63,022 bases of DNA, filler included, from Asterionella formosa (GCA_002256025.1; 24 parts of 24 records of this genome joined end to end with filler, not necessarily neighbours in it), one strand, 5' to 3'; positions 34,907 to 46,869 are shown, counted from the first letter of the whole stretch. The notes: generated by a model from the sequence alone, not told the origin. Numbers and translations: made by a program.

Positions 34907-35151
34907 ATGTCAATGTGTAACCCAGCTCGTTCGTTGCTACCTTCTTGGAGCCTAAGCGCTTCTCTCTCATCCACAAACACCTTGTTATCATGTTATGTTA
35001 GTTCTGCTTCAAGCAAGAGCCCAATCAACGCGCGATCATCGTCCACATTGCTCAGAGTAGCAAGCGCAGAAACCACATCAATTTCCGATATGCAGCGGGG
35101 AATCGGAGGAAGAATCGAAGATGCCTTTGAGGCTGCCAAGGAACGCGGGGA
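34907..35151 (+). CDS. Probable 5' end of tryptophan synthase (alpha domain) with a Ser-rich presequence, partial
   Basis: A Ser/Thr-rich transit-like leader is followed by GGRIEDAFEAAKERG, resembling the TrpA start (RIxxxFxxxKxxG-xxAF). Cut by the contig end before diagnostic residues. Confidence 0.5.
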
Positions 35152-35251
35152 NNNNNNNNNNNNNNNNNNNNNNNNNNNNNNNNNNNNNNNNNNNNTTAAT
35201 TAATTAANNNNNNNNNNNNNNNNNNNNNNNNNNNNNNNNNNNNNNNNNNNN

Positions 35252-36793
35252 TCATACCGGTCAACTTCTCGTATTCGCGTAGAAGTTGCATACGAAATTT
35301 CTGCATTTGCACCTCCCAGTATTCACCATACTTGTCCTCTTTCCAAGCATATTCCACTCCTAGGTGTTTCTGTAGAATACCCTGCTCGGTAATATTGAAA
35401 TCTTCCTTGATAACATTTTTCATATACCGGTACTCCACTGCACTTGGAGTCCCACATACAATACCGTCATCCACGTAATTAACAAGTAGACCATCAATTT
35501 GTCCATCCTTGTTCCGGTGCATAAATAACATAGGGTCGATCTTGCTCTTCGTCATACCTGGTTTATTGGTGACACATTTCGCAAACGTCCTGGACCAGCA
35601 TCGTGGAGCTTGTACTATCCCGTACATAGCCTTCACAAGCTTGCAAACATGTGTATCGGAATCGACTCCGATCAAACCTTGAGGGGGCTCAATATAAATG
35701 TCCTCATCGACGTCAGCATTTAGAAATGCTGCTTCCACATCAATAGCCTCCGCTCGCCAACCGTTGTACATCGTCACTGCGAGTACCGTTTTGATTGTCG
35801 CATCGCTTGCAACTGGAGCAAATGTCTCAGTAAAATCGACACCTGGGATTTGCTCATATCCCTTCACGACCAATCTTGCCTTGTAAATGGTCTTCCCGGT
35901 TAACACATCTTCTTTAATTCGAAACACCCATCTCGTTTTTAGTGTTCGCTTCTTAACAGTATCACGTTTGATAACTTTCCACACTCCTCTCGACTGGAAG
36001 TTTTCATATTCTTTGTTGATCGCCTTGATCCACTCTTTCTTGTCTGGTCTTGCCATTGCTTCATCGTAGCTTGTTGGTAATCCTGGATCAGAAGCCAGAC
36101 TTGCGTTGTACACAAAATTCACCTGTGTATTCTTCGTAATTTCCTTCATCTTATCCTCCTCGATAACACCAGGCATCTCAGTATCTCCTGAAAATTTCAC
36201 AATTTTCGTACTCGTAGGATTGAACGATGAGTCCAATCTTCGCATTTCACGTGCCAACTTCGCTTGCTTAGACTGAGCACTTTCCGCACGTTTAGCCTTC
36301 ACAATTGGGGTATTGGTACCTGTAACCTCGTATTTCGTAGTACCATCTATCTTAGTTGACTGTTCAGTTTTCCTCCCCAATTCTTGCTTGTCATCATCTT
36401 CATTATCGGACACTTCTCGAGGTTCGAACTCGTCGTAAAAATCGTCATGTAACTCTTCATTATCTTCTCGTACTGATATCTCCGTATCCTGTTGGTTGGT
36501 GACTGGTTTGAACATTTTCTCTAGTCCATCCGTTGGTACGTTTGTTCCATGCCACTCACTCCACTTTACGTCACGTGTATTGACCACAGTATTTGTCTCG
36601 TGATTATACATGCGATACGTATCTTGAGAGTGGTCATCTGAGTATCCCAAAAAGACACACTTGATGGAACGTGCATCTAATTTCTTGACACCTTCTCTTA
36701 TAGTAACCCAACCAACACGTCCAAATTGCCTGTAGAGCTTGTAGGGCCTCCTTGTATTCGTTTCTCCATAGAACACATCATCAGGACTCTTCT
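35252..36793 (-). mobile_element. Ty1/copia pol fragment (integrase C-terminus to RT), open across the contig
   Basis: KKLDARSIKCVFLGYS, TRDVKW, RWVFRIK, YKARLVVKGYEQIPGVDFTETFAPV, IDVEAAFLNA, KAMYG and YVDD. The integrase-before-RT order indicates copia. Confidence 0.96.
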
Positions 36794-36894
36794 NNNNNNN
36801 NNNNNNNNNNNNNNNNNNNNNNNNNNNNNNNNNNNNNTTAATTAATTAANNNNNNNNNNNNNNNNNNNNNNNNNNNNNNNNNNNNNNNNNNNNA

Positions 36895-37122
36895 ACCAGT
36901 CTTGCAATGCGAATTGTGATTAATGGACTTATTCAAGTTGCATCCATCTTCACCAAGGCAAAGATATTACAGAGGATCAAATTTGTCAGCACAGCACAAG
37001 CCGTTGAGGCTGTTCCCATCAAATCGGCACCCAAATACTTGGATGGCAGTGGAGGGGGTATTGAAAATTTGGGTGAATGGACCAAGAAACGATTTGATGA
37101 ATTTCCAATTCCAAACTTGTAG
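36895..37122 (+). CDS. C-terminal end of a probable CRAL-TRIO/Sec14 lipid-binding protein, partial
   Basis: ...ASIFTKAKILQRIKFV...VPIKSAPKYLDGSGG...WTKKR resembles the CRAL-TRIO C-terminal pattern (KxxxRIxF...LPxxLGG). Confidence 0.45.
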   Translation, partial: TSLAMRIVINGLIQVASIFTKAKILQRIKFVSTAQAVEAVPIKSAPKYLDGSGGGIENLGEWTKKRFDEFPIPNL

Positions 37123-37640
37123 TATTGAATATTTGGAGGATGCATGGTGGTGAGTTGAAGAACAGGGGGAAATGAACCATGTTCGAAAAATGGCTTGGAG
37201 GCACTTTCAAAGTATATTGGGCCAACAGGATAATCAAGTACTAGGAGAACATTAGAGGCCTTTTAGGGGAAACATGATACCCGGTAGTAGAGTAGGCTTG
37301 CTCATTCCAAAAGAGTAGGTAATTGTAGACAGACAGTACTTGTCAATGCTCATTGTTGGGTTGTTTCAAATGAGAAACACCATGACTTCACAACCACAAC
37401 AATCAAGCTAAAACTCTACTATGAAATTTACTTTTATCTAACTCTAACTCAGATTGAGATTAACCCTGGTATCAGAATTATCCATCATCCATCTTGGTTT
37501 TTGGCATGATACTTAGAATAATCATTTTTTCAGTCATCGACTGCTCATGACTTGATGGAGCGATTCAAACAATATACCAGGTATAGCTATCTAAAAAAGG
37601 AAAATTTGTGGTATTTACTAGAGTGGTGAATTGACCAAAA

Positions 37641-37740
37641 GCAAGTTGCAGTAATTACCGGTACAGTACACTGAAACTAAAAGTTTAGCTATCTTTATCC
37701 GATATTAAATTGTTTTTTAAGCAAAATGACCGCAACTTGC
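37641..37740. mobile_element. Second copy of the GCAAGTTGC MITE, left TIR disrupted by a TACCGGTACAGTAC tract
   Basis: Same termini and internal TTTAGCTATCTTTAT core as 9165-9254. Confidence 0.7.
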
Positions 37741-37889
37741 AGTTATGAATGTATGTAGCTACTGCAGACACTGACATACAGCAAGATATTCTGCAATACA
37801 GAAACTTCTTAACTATAATAGGACAACACATCAGGATACAATGAAGTACGTCATTTTTCACATTCGACTGCCTCCTTGCTTCAAATGAG

Positions 37890-38205
37890 GGTACCGGTAC
37901 CTGGTACCAGGGCTACCCGTACCCTGGTACCCCCAGGTAGGTGTCTACCAGGACCAGGGGACTGGTAGTCTACTGTAGTATCAGAAGATTCTATATATGA
38001 AAATAAACGATGAATATGTTTCGTTTTCTTATGGTACATGTGGCCCCATGGTACCATCAACAAGCGAGCATGGCGAGCCAAGCAAACAGTCAAGACTTCA
38101 ATTTCTTGACACCATTTTATTCCTGTTTGGCACCTTTCGGGATACAGTACCTGGTACCAGGTACCAAGGAAGACTACCTGGTACCAGGTACCTACTACCA
38201 TGTAC
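37890..38205. repeat. GGTACC-based degenerate palindromic array
   Basis: Runs of GGTACCGGTACCTGGTACCAGG at 37890-37975 and 38145-38205. Confidence 0.85.
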
Positions 38206-38533
38206 CTCATCCACCTGATGGTTATTTACGACTTCTTGCGCATTGGTGGATGCAATCATTGAAAGACTACCGGTGCGTTTTTGCATCATTGCTAGCTATT
38301 TCAATAAACTAACTACGTCTACTTCCGGTCGACAAATAACTAATATCTGTCGTACCAAAAGAGTTTGATCAATTCATTAAGCAAACCGATCATGACTATT
38401 GCATCCACTTTGTTGGAATTGCTCATGGGCGTATNNNNNNNNNNNNNNNNNNNNNNNNNNNNNNNNNNNNNNNNNNNNTTAATTAATTAANNNNNNNNNN
38501 NNNNNNNNNNNNNNNNNNNNNNNNNNNNNNNNN

Positions 38534-39371
38534 NTTGCCGTGCACCCTGACATGAAGAGCCACACCGGTGGCGTGATGTCTTTTGGAACTGGAGGCATCA
38601 TATGCAAGTCGACCAAGCAGAAATTGAACACAAAGAGTTCGACGGAGGCTGAATTTGTGGGCGCCAGCGATTATCTCCCGAACACGCTGTGGGTAAAAAT
38701 GTTTCTTGAAGCACAGGGATACAAGATTCAAGAAAGTTTCTTCGAACAAGACAACGAGAGCGCAATTAAACTCGAGAAGAACGGACGAATTTCGGCAGGG
38801 CCAAAGTCTCGGCATATCAACATCCGCTATTTCTGGATTAAGGATCGATCGGTAGATGAAGGAATCACCATTCGCCATTGTCCAACGTTGGAAATGTTGG
38901 GGGATTTTTTTACGAAACCACTGCAAGGAAACCTGTTCAGAACATTCCGAAATGTGCTTCTAGGAGCTGCGCACGTCGATACCCTGACTGCCAGTTCCCT
39001 GGCAACAGCCGAGGAGCGTGTTGAAAAAATTCGAGCTGACTGCCACAGGACAGGCGTGAAGGGTATAGTAGACACGAGAGAGTACAGTACTACAGTTAAA
39101 ACCGTACAGCCGCTACCAAGAGTTACCTGGGCTGACGTGGTAAAAGGCACAACGCAAGGAAAAGCAATCAGAGGTCAAGAAAAAATGCTAAAATGCAGTG
39201 TGAGTAATAAGAGTGTTTCGAGACCATTATCTCGAAACAATCCAGTTAGTAAAGTGAAAGTTTAAGTTTTGACAACTTCCTCGTTGCTATCAATTTCATC
39301 AACTGTATTCGATTAACACAGTACTAGGTTCAAGGCCTACGATACGGTCGAATACGGTAGTTGTTACAACA
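38534..39371 (+). mobile_element. 3' end of a Ty1/copia (diatom CoDi-like) element: RNase H, PPT and 3' LTR (39019-39371)
   Basis: HPDMKSHTGG, KQKLNTKSSTEAE, QDNESAI, SRHINIRYFWIKD and DFFTKPLQG. Purine tract GAGGAGCG abuts a segment bounded TGTTG...CAACA. The pol ORF runs into the LTR and stops at 39265. Confidence 0.9.
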
Positions 39372-39954
39372 GGCATGATGAATGGCGACCAAGTACTTCA
39401 AGCGTTGCATTCACTACTCTCCCATGGAAGTGCTGATGACTAGCTTGCTCGCCATCTACTCCCCAACTTCGAAGGGAGCTCACTCAAGATTGACTGTTGT
39501 TGACTGAGCAAGTTGCGGTAATTTTGCTTCTACGTCCACTCATTCCCAAAATCGACAAATATTTTCCGTTTCAGCAGCTTTAAATAATCAAAAGTATGAA
39601 ACTTGTAACAGCTCGTGCCTGCAGGGAATAAAAACGACTGGACAAAATTTGATAAATTCAGATAATTAGGGACAAAACAGGTTCTGACAAATTGTAATTT
39701 TGGCTAAGTATTTAGGGACTACCGGTATGTTAGTTTAAGGTTCCTGCATTTGAACCCCTAGCTCGAGGTAGGGTTAAAAAAATAATATCAAGTCAGAGTA
39801 GTCAAACATAGACTTCTTACGAGTAAAACGTAAATGTATATCGCTAAACGGAGCTTTCACCAATACACACCCTTTCCACATGCTTATTAAATACAGTCAT
39901 TTATCAAAGTAGGGGTATAGGTCAACGCTATATATCGTCAGGATATATGATCTG

Positions 39955-40075
39955 GCGAGAAACTGCAGAAAGGAACTTCGGTTTTTTAACTATGCTGAAA
40001 ATAGTGGATTTTACCGGGCTAACTCGTTTATTTGGCCTAGTAAAAAAACCGAAGTTCCTTTCTGCAGTTTCTCGC
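39955..40075. repeat. Inverted repeat (33 bp perfect, 38 bp with 1 mismatch); MITE-like or a contig-end artefact
   Basis: GCGAGAAACTGCAGAAAGGAACTTCGGTTTTTT ... AAAAAACCGAAGTTCCTTTCTGCAGTTTCTCGC. Confidence 0.85.
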
Positions 40076-40551
40076 NNNNNNNNNNNNNNNNNNNNNNNNN
40101 NNNNNNNNNNNNNNNNNNNTTAATTAATTAANNNNNNNNNNNNNNNNNNNNNNNNNNNNNNNNNNNNNNNNNNNNAGGTGTGTGTGGCAAACAACAAGGT
40201 ACCAGTAAAGAAGTGCTGTGACCCACTGAGTTCTCCTATTCGTTTGATTAGTTCGACTACACCTTTTCCATGCCTTGCGAGAATCAAACTTCCAGGTCTT
40301 GTTAACCAAAGGAGTCAGCAGATTGTGGATCTGTTGGTATTCTCATTGAAGGTCGAGGTACTGAGATACGAACCCTTTTATGTGGACAAAATTTGCCGGT
40401 AATGGGTCACAGCAGTACTTAAATTTTTATCTATAATTGTATATAATTTTATATACCATTATGATCACGGATTACCCCGTTTGGTTTTCGCAAAATTATT
40501 TTTAAGAATTTTCGCATCCAGTATTTATATCACTATCACACGCAAATGCAT

Positions 40552-41715
40552 TCAGCCACATGAAATGCTTGCGCCTATCAACACCACTGCAATATCGCCC
40601 TCATCCCTACTAAGCTCCTGCCCTCCCACAAGCACAACATCAACAGGCCGAATTGGATATGGAGAATCCTTTTCTCCACGGCAACAAGTCTCCAAATATC
40701 TTGCCAACAAGTTCTGTCTGGTTATTGGAAGCGGCGCATCGCCGTTGCGCTTGTACCATGTCACCACTTTTTCAGTTCAGCTACGTTGTAGCTTCCAGCT
40801 TCCTTTCCAGTCTCTCTGATGGCCTGTACCTTCTGTGACAATTCAAAAAACCGTTGATTCAATTTCTGCTTCTTGTTTTGTTCCTGGATTTCATGCCGGT
40901 GTTTGATTTCCAGCATATGCTCAAAAAGCGGTGGTCCTAGACAAGTGTTTCCAACAGCAAAGTGCAGTCCTGTGGTCATTCATTTGTTTGTGTCGATTGC
41001 TGCTTGTGCTGTTTGCTTTCTTTTCCTTGCATGTTCTGCTGCATCATTACCATTTCGCACATCTTCTCTGTTTATGTATTCAACAATTTGATTTGTAAGA
41101 GTTCCTGAAAGTCCTTCTTGCAGGTTGAGCTGGTCAGGTGCAATAGAGGTTCTGTTGCTGTGTGAGATTCAATTCAATGTGACAACACCAAATTTCGTCA
41201 GCTGTATTTCAGGATTCAACAAAAAATTATAGTTCAAAGGTCCCCAGCCTCGCTCTGCTACCGCTTTTTTGTTTGTGCATAATCTCGCAAATCTTTTTCC
41301 CCAAGAAGTGAATTTGCAAGTTGCAGTCGCTCCCTCTCGGCATGTGATGGGCGGACGCATTTTACCCAACTGATCACCAATGAGCTCCACAATGTAAGGT
41401 TCCACTTCAAGCATAGGTGAGATGCAAGCTGTGTTCGTTCCTTGATTGTTTTTTCTTTTTGCACGTGTTCTAACTGTTTCGAAATTAATATTGACAGCAG
41501 GAGGAATACCAAGCGCCTCCTTTTCTCTCAATATTATACAGGCAAGTGTATTTCTCTTCACTCGTGATTCTCCTCCTCCTTTTTCTTCTTCCTCTTCTCT
41601 CACCATATATTCTGCTGCCGAATTGGAAATACATTCTTTCACTTTTTCTTTGGATGACCACCATAGGGCAGGGTTGCAGTGACAGAAATGGTGCTGCTGC
41701 TGCTTTCAGTTGATG
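40552..41715 (-). pseudogene. Second pogo-like transposase relic, related to 22637-24682, with the DDE core deleted
   Basis: NKKAVAERGWGPLNYNFLLNPEIQLT matches NKKAIYEQGWYPLNYYVLLHPEIQLT, and WYKRNGDAPLP matches WYKQSGDLPVP. The HTH/CENP-B-like part (PMLEVEPYIVEL..LQLANSL) joins directly to the post-DDE segment. Confidence 0.8.
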
Positions 41716-42238
41716 NNNNNNNNNNNNNNNNNNNNNNNNNNNNNNNNNNNNNNNNNNNNTTAATTAATTAANNNNNNNNNNNNNNNNNNNNNNNNNNNNN
41801 NNNNNNNNNNNNNNNATGCATGAACAAGCCAATCATGCAGTTTTCTCAAAATATTGCTAACAAGCATATTTATTACATACGGTACTCATTATGTTGTTGA
41901 TGTACGAAAATGTCGTGTTAACGTTGGATCGTTACCAGAATATTGTTGAAGTAAAATCGTTAATGGTATTTGATGTTGCATGCTTGATATTGCATAGAGA
42001 GTTTCTCCGATGCACTTAAAACTAGCGAGGTAGACATGCCTGGAATGTCCGGTAAAAGACTGTTTGTAATCTGGAAAAGATAAAGACTATTGATCTCAAT
42101 TACCGCACCTACCAGATCCTCACAAAAGGCCTGCAATATACTACATTGAAAACATATACGGTATTCTAATTGGTCTGATAAGTGTGAATGAACACAACGA
42201 GAAGCATGATCGAGTTTCTCTGATTTTGCAACTTTACC

Positions 42239-43355
42239 TGTAGGATCAGGTTCTCCCCACGCATCCTATTATACAACCGTTAGACTGTAGTCAAGTACTG
42301 TAGGCCTGATGAAGTGAGAAAGAACAAAATATAAACAAAGCAACAAAGCAGAAGAAAGTTCAATTGAGAAAGGTGATAGCAATGCAGTAAACGATAAAAA
42401 TACCACTTATGAAACCCGTAGTTAAATACCAACTTATACCTCTCTGCCCATCGTGGATACTCCACCTACTACTAACTTTCTGTCTCTTAACAGCCCTGCC
42501 AAGACTGTTGTTTCTCCTCTATTACTATTTTATTGTCCCACAACAGTCCTGTCCATCATGGTTACTCCGCCCCCTATTAACAAGTTCCGGTCCCACAACA
42601 GTCATGTCCATCGTGGTAACTCCACTATTAATAATTTCCTGTCTCTCCAACTTGACTGTTGTCAACTGGCGACAACTCCTAGCTTGTTCTACTTTTATCA
42701 TTTAACATTTAGCTCACTTTATTCCGAAACATAGAGTCTACAAGCCTTCATTTAAGTTACTATTCTTCAATTATCTACAGTTTCCATAACACTTTCAAGT
42801 GGTTATTGAGCCCAAACCTTCCAACATCATATTTCTTTTATTCTTCTCTTTTATTTTAATTTTATCGGTAGTCTTCTTTGACTAGCCCTTCCTTTCTTTC
42901 TAATTGCTTCCTTCTCTCATTTACTTTACTTCCATTGGTGGTCTTCTTCGACTGGCCCTTTCATTCTTTCTGAATACTTCCTTCTTTCATTTACATTACT
43001 TCCATCGGTAGTCTTCTTCGACTAGCCCTTTCTTTCTTTCCTTCTGAATACTTCCTTTTTTCTTCTGTTACAATGGCTACCAAGTTTGGACATGTTGATC
43101 GCCTAGGTTCTGGTTACTCTGGTGGAACCCTTAACAATGACTTTTCTGTCGCCCGCCGCCCTCAGTGGTCGCCTTATCAAGCTCGGCTTGGTGATGCTAC
43201 GGAACGACGCAGTCTGTTTGAATACTGCAATAAAGAACCTAAACGGCTCTACCGGGGACCCAATGCTAATGATCCCCTCAAGGACTACACTCTCAGTGGA
43301 CTCTGTCAAGCTCTTCTCCTTGCTGCTCAAAACTGTGGAGTTGACACTTTCTTCC
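42239..43355 (+). mobile_element. 5' end of a probable copia element: LTR-like segment, PBS-like motif (42801-42813), repeat-containing leader and gag start at 43073
   Basis: GGTTATTGAGCCC resembles the copia GGTTATGGGCCC primer-binding site. The ORF from 43073 is open to the contig end. The LTR start is uncertain. Confidence 0.5.
42865..43055 (+). repeat. 70-bp tandem repeat, ~2.7 copies, in the retroelement leader
   Basis: The unit TCGGTAGTCTTCTT(T/C)GACTAGCCCTT... recurs at 42865, 42935 and 43005. Confidence 0.85.
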
Positions 43356-44328
43356 NNNNNNNNNNNNNNNNNNNNNNNNNNNNNNNNNNNNNNNNNNNNT
43401 TAATTAATTAANNNNNNNNNNNNNNNNNNNNNNNNNNNNNNNNNNNNNNNNNNNNTCTACTGAATTATTGAACGACTATGCGAATCTTTATGTGCCAGTT
43501 GTTCAATAATTCATTATAAATACAGCAGCAGCTGGCAGCATGACAAACAGCACGCCAAGGCACACTAACAACTCATGATTTACGGAGCCCTGTTATCATA
43601 TGAAATTAACACAGAATCAGAAAGCAACAATACTCAATCCTGGATTTCATCCGAATGCTCCTGAATTGAAAGGGTTTGCTGCAATGTCAATTGAATCCTC
43701 GACTCAAATAAAAGAACTCTGCAATACAGTTGAATGGTCTGCAATACAGTTGAATGGTGATTGTGTTCTTGTTGTTTACCTAAATGCTAGTATGGCTTGT
43801 CAGCTCACGCATTGTTGTTGACAACAGGCAGGGACAATGAGGTCCGGAATGAACTGTGTGTTGCTTTCTGCTGTTGCTAGTTCTATCATATACATTACTG
43901 ACACACTGTTATTATGAAAATCTCTGCAGGTCTATGAAGAAGTCATTTCAAGTACAAGAAGGAAATCAGTGTGTGAGGATGCATTCATGTTGCAACTTCG
44001 TAGAATGATGCCTGTTCAAGAGTGAAGAATTTCCCCCTTCTGAATGAATGGCTTCTCCTCGTCTTGCAATGTCCTTACAGATGTCTCATAATGCCTGCCT
44101 TCTCAAGACTGAAGATTCCATTCTGATAGAACAGCTTTGTTTGATTGCATATCGAGATTTGTTTCCCATGTAATGTGAAATACCGGTTGTTGAATTAGTA
44201 ATCAAAATTATTTGACAGTACTTTTAAATTACGTAAAAAAATTTAATACATTACGTGAACTATATTATAGAATTACGTGAACAAAAATTTAAGGCAATGT
44301 GAACTGAATTACAGAATAAATTGAAGTT

Positions 44329-44392
44329 TTTCAAATAATTATGTGAAGTATTTCAAATAATTATGTGAAGTATTTCAAATAATTATGTGAAG
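44329..44392 (+). repeat. 22-bp minisatellite, ~3 copies, within an AT-rich tract with recurring TTACGTG/TTATGTG motifs
   Basis: TTCAAATAATTATGTGAAGTAT repeated head-to-tail. Confidence 0.9.
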
Positions 44393-45094
44393 GAGATCAC
44401 GTAATATAGTGATGATCAGGAATGCATGCATGATACTCTGATCAAATAATGAACGTGATGTATTCAGATAATAAATAGATATATTCAAGTAAGCATTTTG
44501 ATGTATTCAACTAATTCATGTGATCCATTCAAAATCAACTAGGCTTATTTACGTGATGGTCACTTCACGTTATACGCTTCTTAGATGCATGACAAAAGCT
44601 TTTCGACGTAATAATCATGATGCTGGAATAATAGATGTTTAAATGCTGTTTCTAAAAAGCATCTAGTTTTGTTTTATTAAAATGAATTGAAAAGGGAGAA
44701 CATGCAGCCATAAGAGATCTGGCTGAGGAATCTTGTAGGTAATTAAGAACATAATGAAATTTATGGCTACATCATCCTGGGCAAATGTTTCGACTAAACC
44801 ATTCAAAAATACTTTAAATTAATCATTTTGGATTGATAAATAGTATGCTGAAGAATTTGTATCAGTTCCAGAGGAAATTGAAAACGAAGTGGAGGAGATG
44901 AATAAGCTTGTAGAAGAGATTTTCATTATATACAAGATAGTAACATGATATTGTGCTGAATCCGCTTTATTCACAATTTTGGTTCCCAAAAATGTNNNNN
45001 NNNNNNNNNNNNNNNNNNNNNNNNNNNNNNNNNNNNNNNTTAATTAATTAANNNNNNNNNNNNNNNNNNNNNNNNNNNNNNNNNNNNNNNNNNN

Positions 45095-46635
45095 NTCGAT
45101 TTCGCAGAGGAGTGATTGCCACGCGACATTGCCAAGGCCAGGTCAGCAAGTCGTTGCTCTTCCGTGAGTGGCAACAACGGGAATTCGACACCCTTCGTAA
45201 GTAGCATAGCGAAGCGTGACCAGAGCGGGTGGTAGGACAGTAGGGGTTGTAGTAGGTGTAGGTCTCTGAATTCCGATCCGATACTGAGTGGGGACCGTGC
45301 TTGACTGGTAATTGCCCATTGGATGTCGAGGTCAAATTGTGCTAGGATTTCCCAGTTGTGAACGGCTGCCTCATGACTCCATGCAAAACGGAAAGCCGGT
45401 GCATGCATGGTAGGTGAGCGTGTTTCCATGATGCGCTGAATGCATAGTATGCGTGTGATGTCTGTATGTGTTTCCCCATGACTGGCCTGGTCTGCTGGAT
45501 TTGATGCGGGTGGTGGTTCACAGGGTTCCTCATACCGAGGGGTGTCACCGGCTAAGTTCTCTGTCAGAGCCATAGGGGTGTCCGTGCTAATATTTTCGAC
45601 GTCTCGATGTCCGTGGATGCAATAGTGCGTGTCGATGTACGATGGTGACTTACCCATTAAATGTTGAATTTGTTCGTGCTGTGGGATTGAGTTATGTAGT
45701 GGTGGTGGATATGGCGGGGGTTTTGTGAAGGTTAATGAAGGTAAGGGCGGTAGATTTGGTTGCGTGATGCGAGGCGTGGAAGCAATTTGGTTTTCTATGC
45801 GCGCAAAAAATTTTGAGCTTGATGTGGGAAGTAATGATTGAGACATATTGGCAACAATACGAATCTTTGTTGCATCGACAATGGTTAGTGCTGGAATGGA
45901 GAGTGCTGTGCGAGCTACGAGTGATGACGAGGAACCGCAGTAGGCTGTTAATTGCTTCGAAATAGAATCATTTACAGTTACTCGGGCCTGCCCTAGTCAG
46001 TGTTGCGGATTCGAGTTGCGGATTGCTGGGGATAAGTCGCGAATTGCCTCGTTGAAAAATTTCGCAAAGGCTTTCTTGTTTTCCCCTGTTAACTGAACGT
46101 GTGCATCTTTCCGTTCGCAGTTGTCGATGCAGATCCCCGAAATCTGCCAGCGACAGCAGTTTGTGGCTCCGTTGACCTTTGGTGCTCGACGGAGGACCGA
46201 AGCTGGGAATGCGTCCCTGTAAAATACCCCTGGTGGTAGACGGAAAAGGATGTCTGCTTGAGAGTTTGTCACAGCCCGTCCGCGGGTGAAAGTATTGCTA
46301 GAGTTGAGTTGGTCCTGCTGGTATCCTTGCCTCGTGTTGTTGTTATGAGTGTATCTGCGTGTGTGGTCCTCAAAGTGGTCGTCTCTGGATCGTTTCTGCT
46401 GGAGAAAGAGTGCAGCAACCCGAGGGTGTAGTGGGGCAATCATCGGGTTTCCCACCGCAATCTGTCGCTGTTGCTGTGCGAAGTCAAGTAGTTGAAAGTC
46501 CATGTCGTTTACCGTTTTTGCGTAGCGTGAGTTTCGCCAAAAGGCTTGGATCATGTTGTCCATAATGGTGAGTTGGTGAGCAAAAAATCGGATGTCGAGG
46601 TCGGAGCAGTGTCTGTAGGTTGCCCGGTTGGCTTC
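45095..46635 (-). mobile_element. DIRS/Ngaro-type (tyrosine recombinase class) retrotransposon fragment: gag C-terminus (to 45997) and pol N-terminus in the same frame
   Basis: gag ends with a CCCH finger (CCRWQISGICIDNCERKDAH). pol has GSEFR..LQPLLSYHPLW..LLTKGVEFPL..RLADL..RGNHSSAK, the pre-RT block I associate with stramenopile DIRS-like elements. The RT core and YR gene lie beyond the contig. Confidence 0.7.
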
Positions 46636-46734
46636 NNNNNNNNNNNNNNNNNNNNNNNNNNNNNNNNNNNNNNNNNNNNTTAATTAATTAANNNNNNNNN
46701 NNNNNNNNNNNNNNNNNNNNNNNNNNNNNNNNNN

Positions 46735-46869
46735 NGTTGGATCAGCAGTAGACAACTCAACAATATCTTCGACGTCCTCATCAGCTACAACGCATTGCTT
46801 CTCTTCCGAATCAATGCGAATAGAGGCAGCATCAGAAGTTTCAGCCGTACCCACTACTTTGCTGCTCAT
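46735..46869 (-). CDS. Possible 5' end of an unidentified host gene, partial
   Basis: ATG-initiated acidic ORF (MSSKVVGTAETSDAASIRIDSEEK...) open to the contig end, with coding-like composition. Confidence 0.3.

Noticed and set aside
37881..38312. ORFs rich in VPGT/WYQV/YLVP (also at 52715, 56092, 60371 and 62011)
   Set aside because: These are translations of GGTACC arrays, which lack stops in several frames. There is no evidence of real proteins.
44329..44392. 22-bp direct repeats as CRISPR repeats or iterons
   Set aside because: Head-to-tail with no spacers, in eukaryotic non-coding DNA: an ordinary minisatellite.
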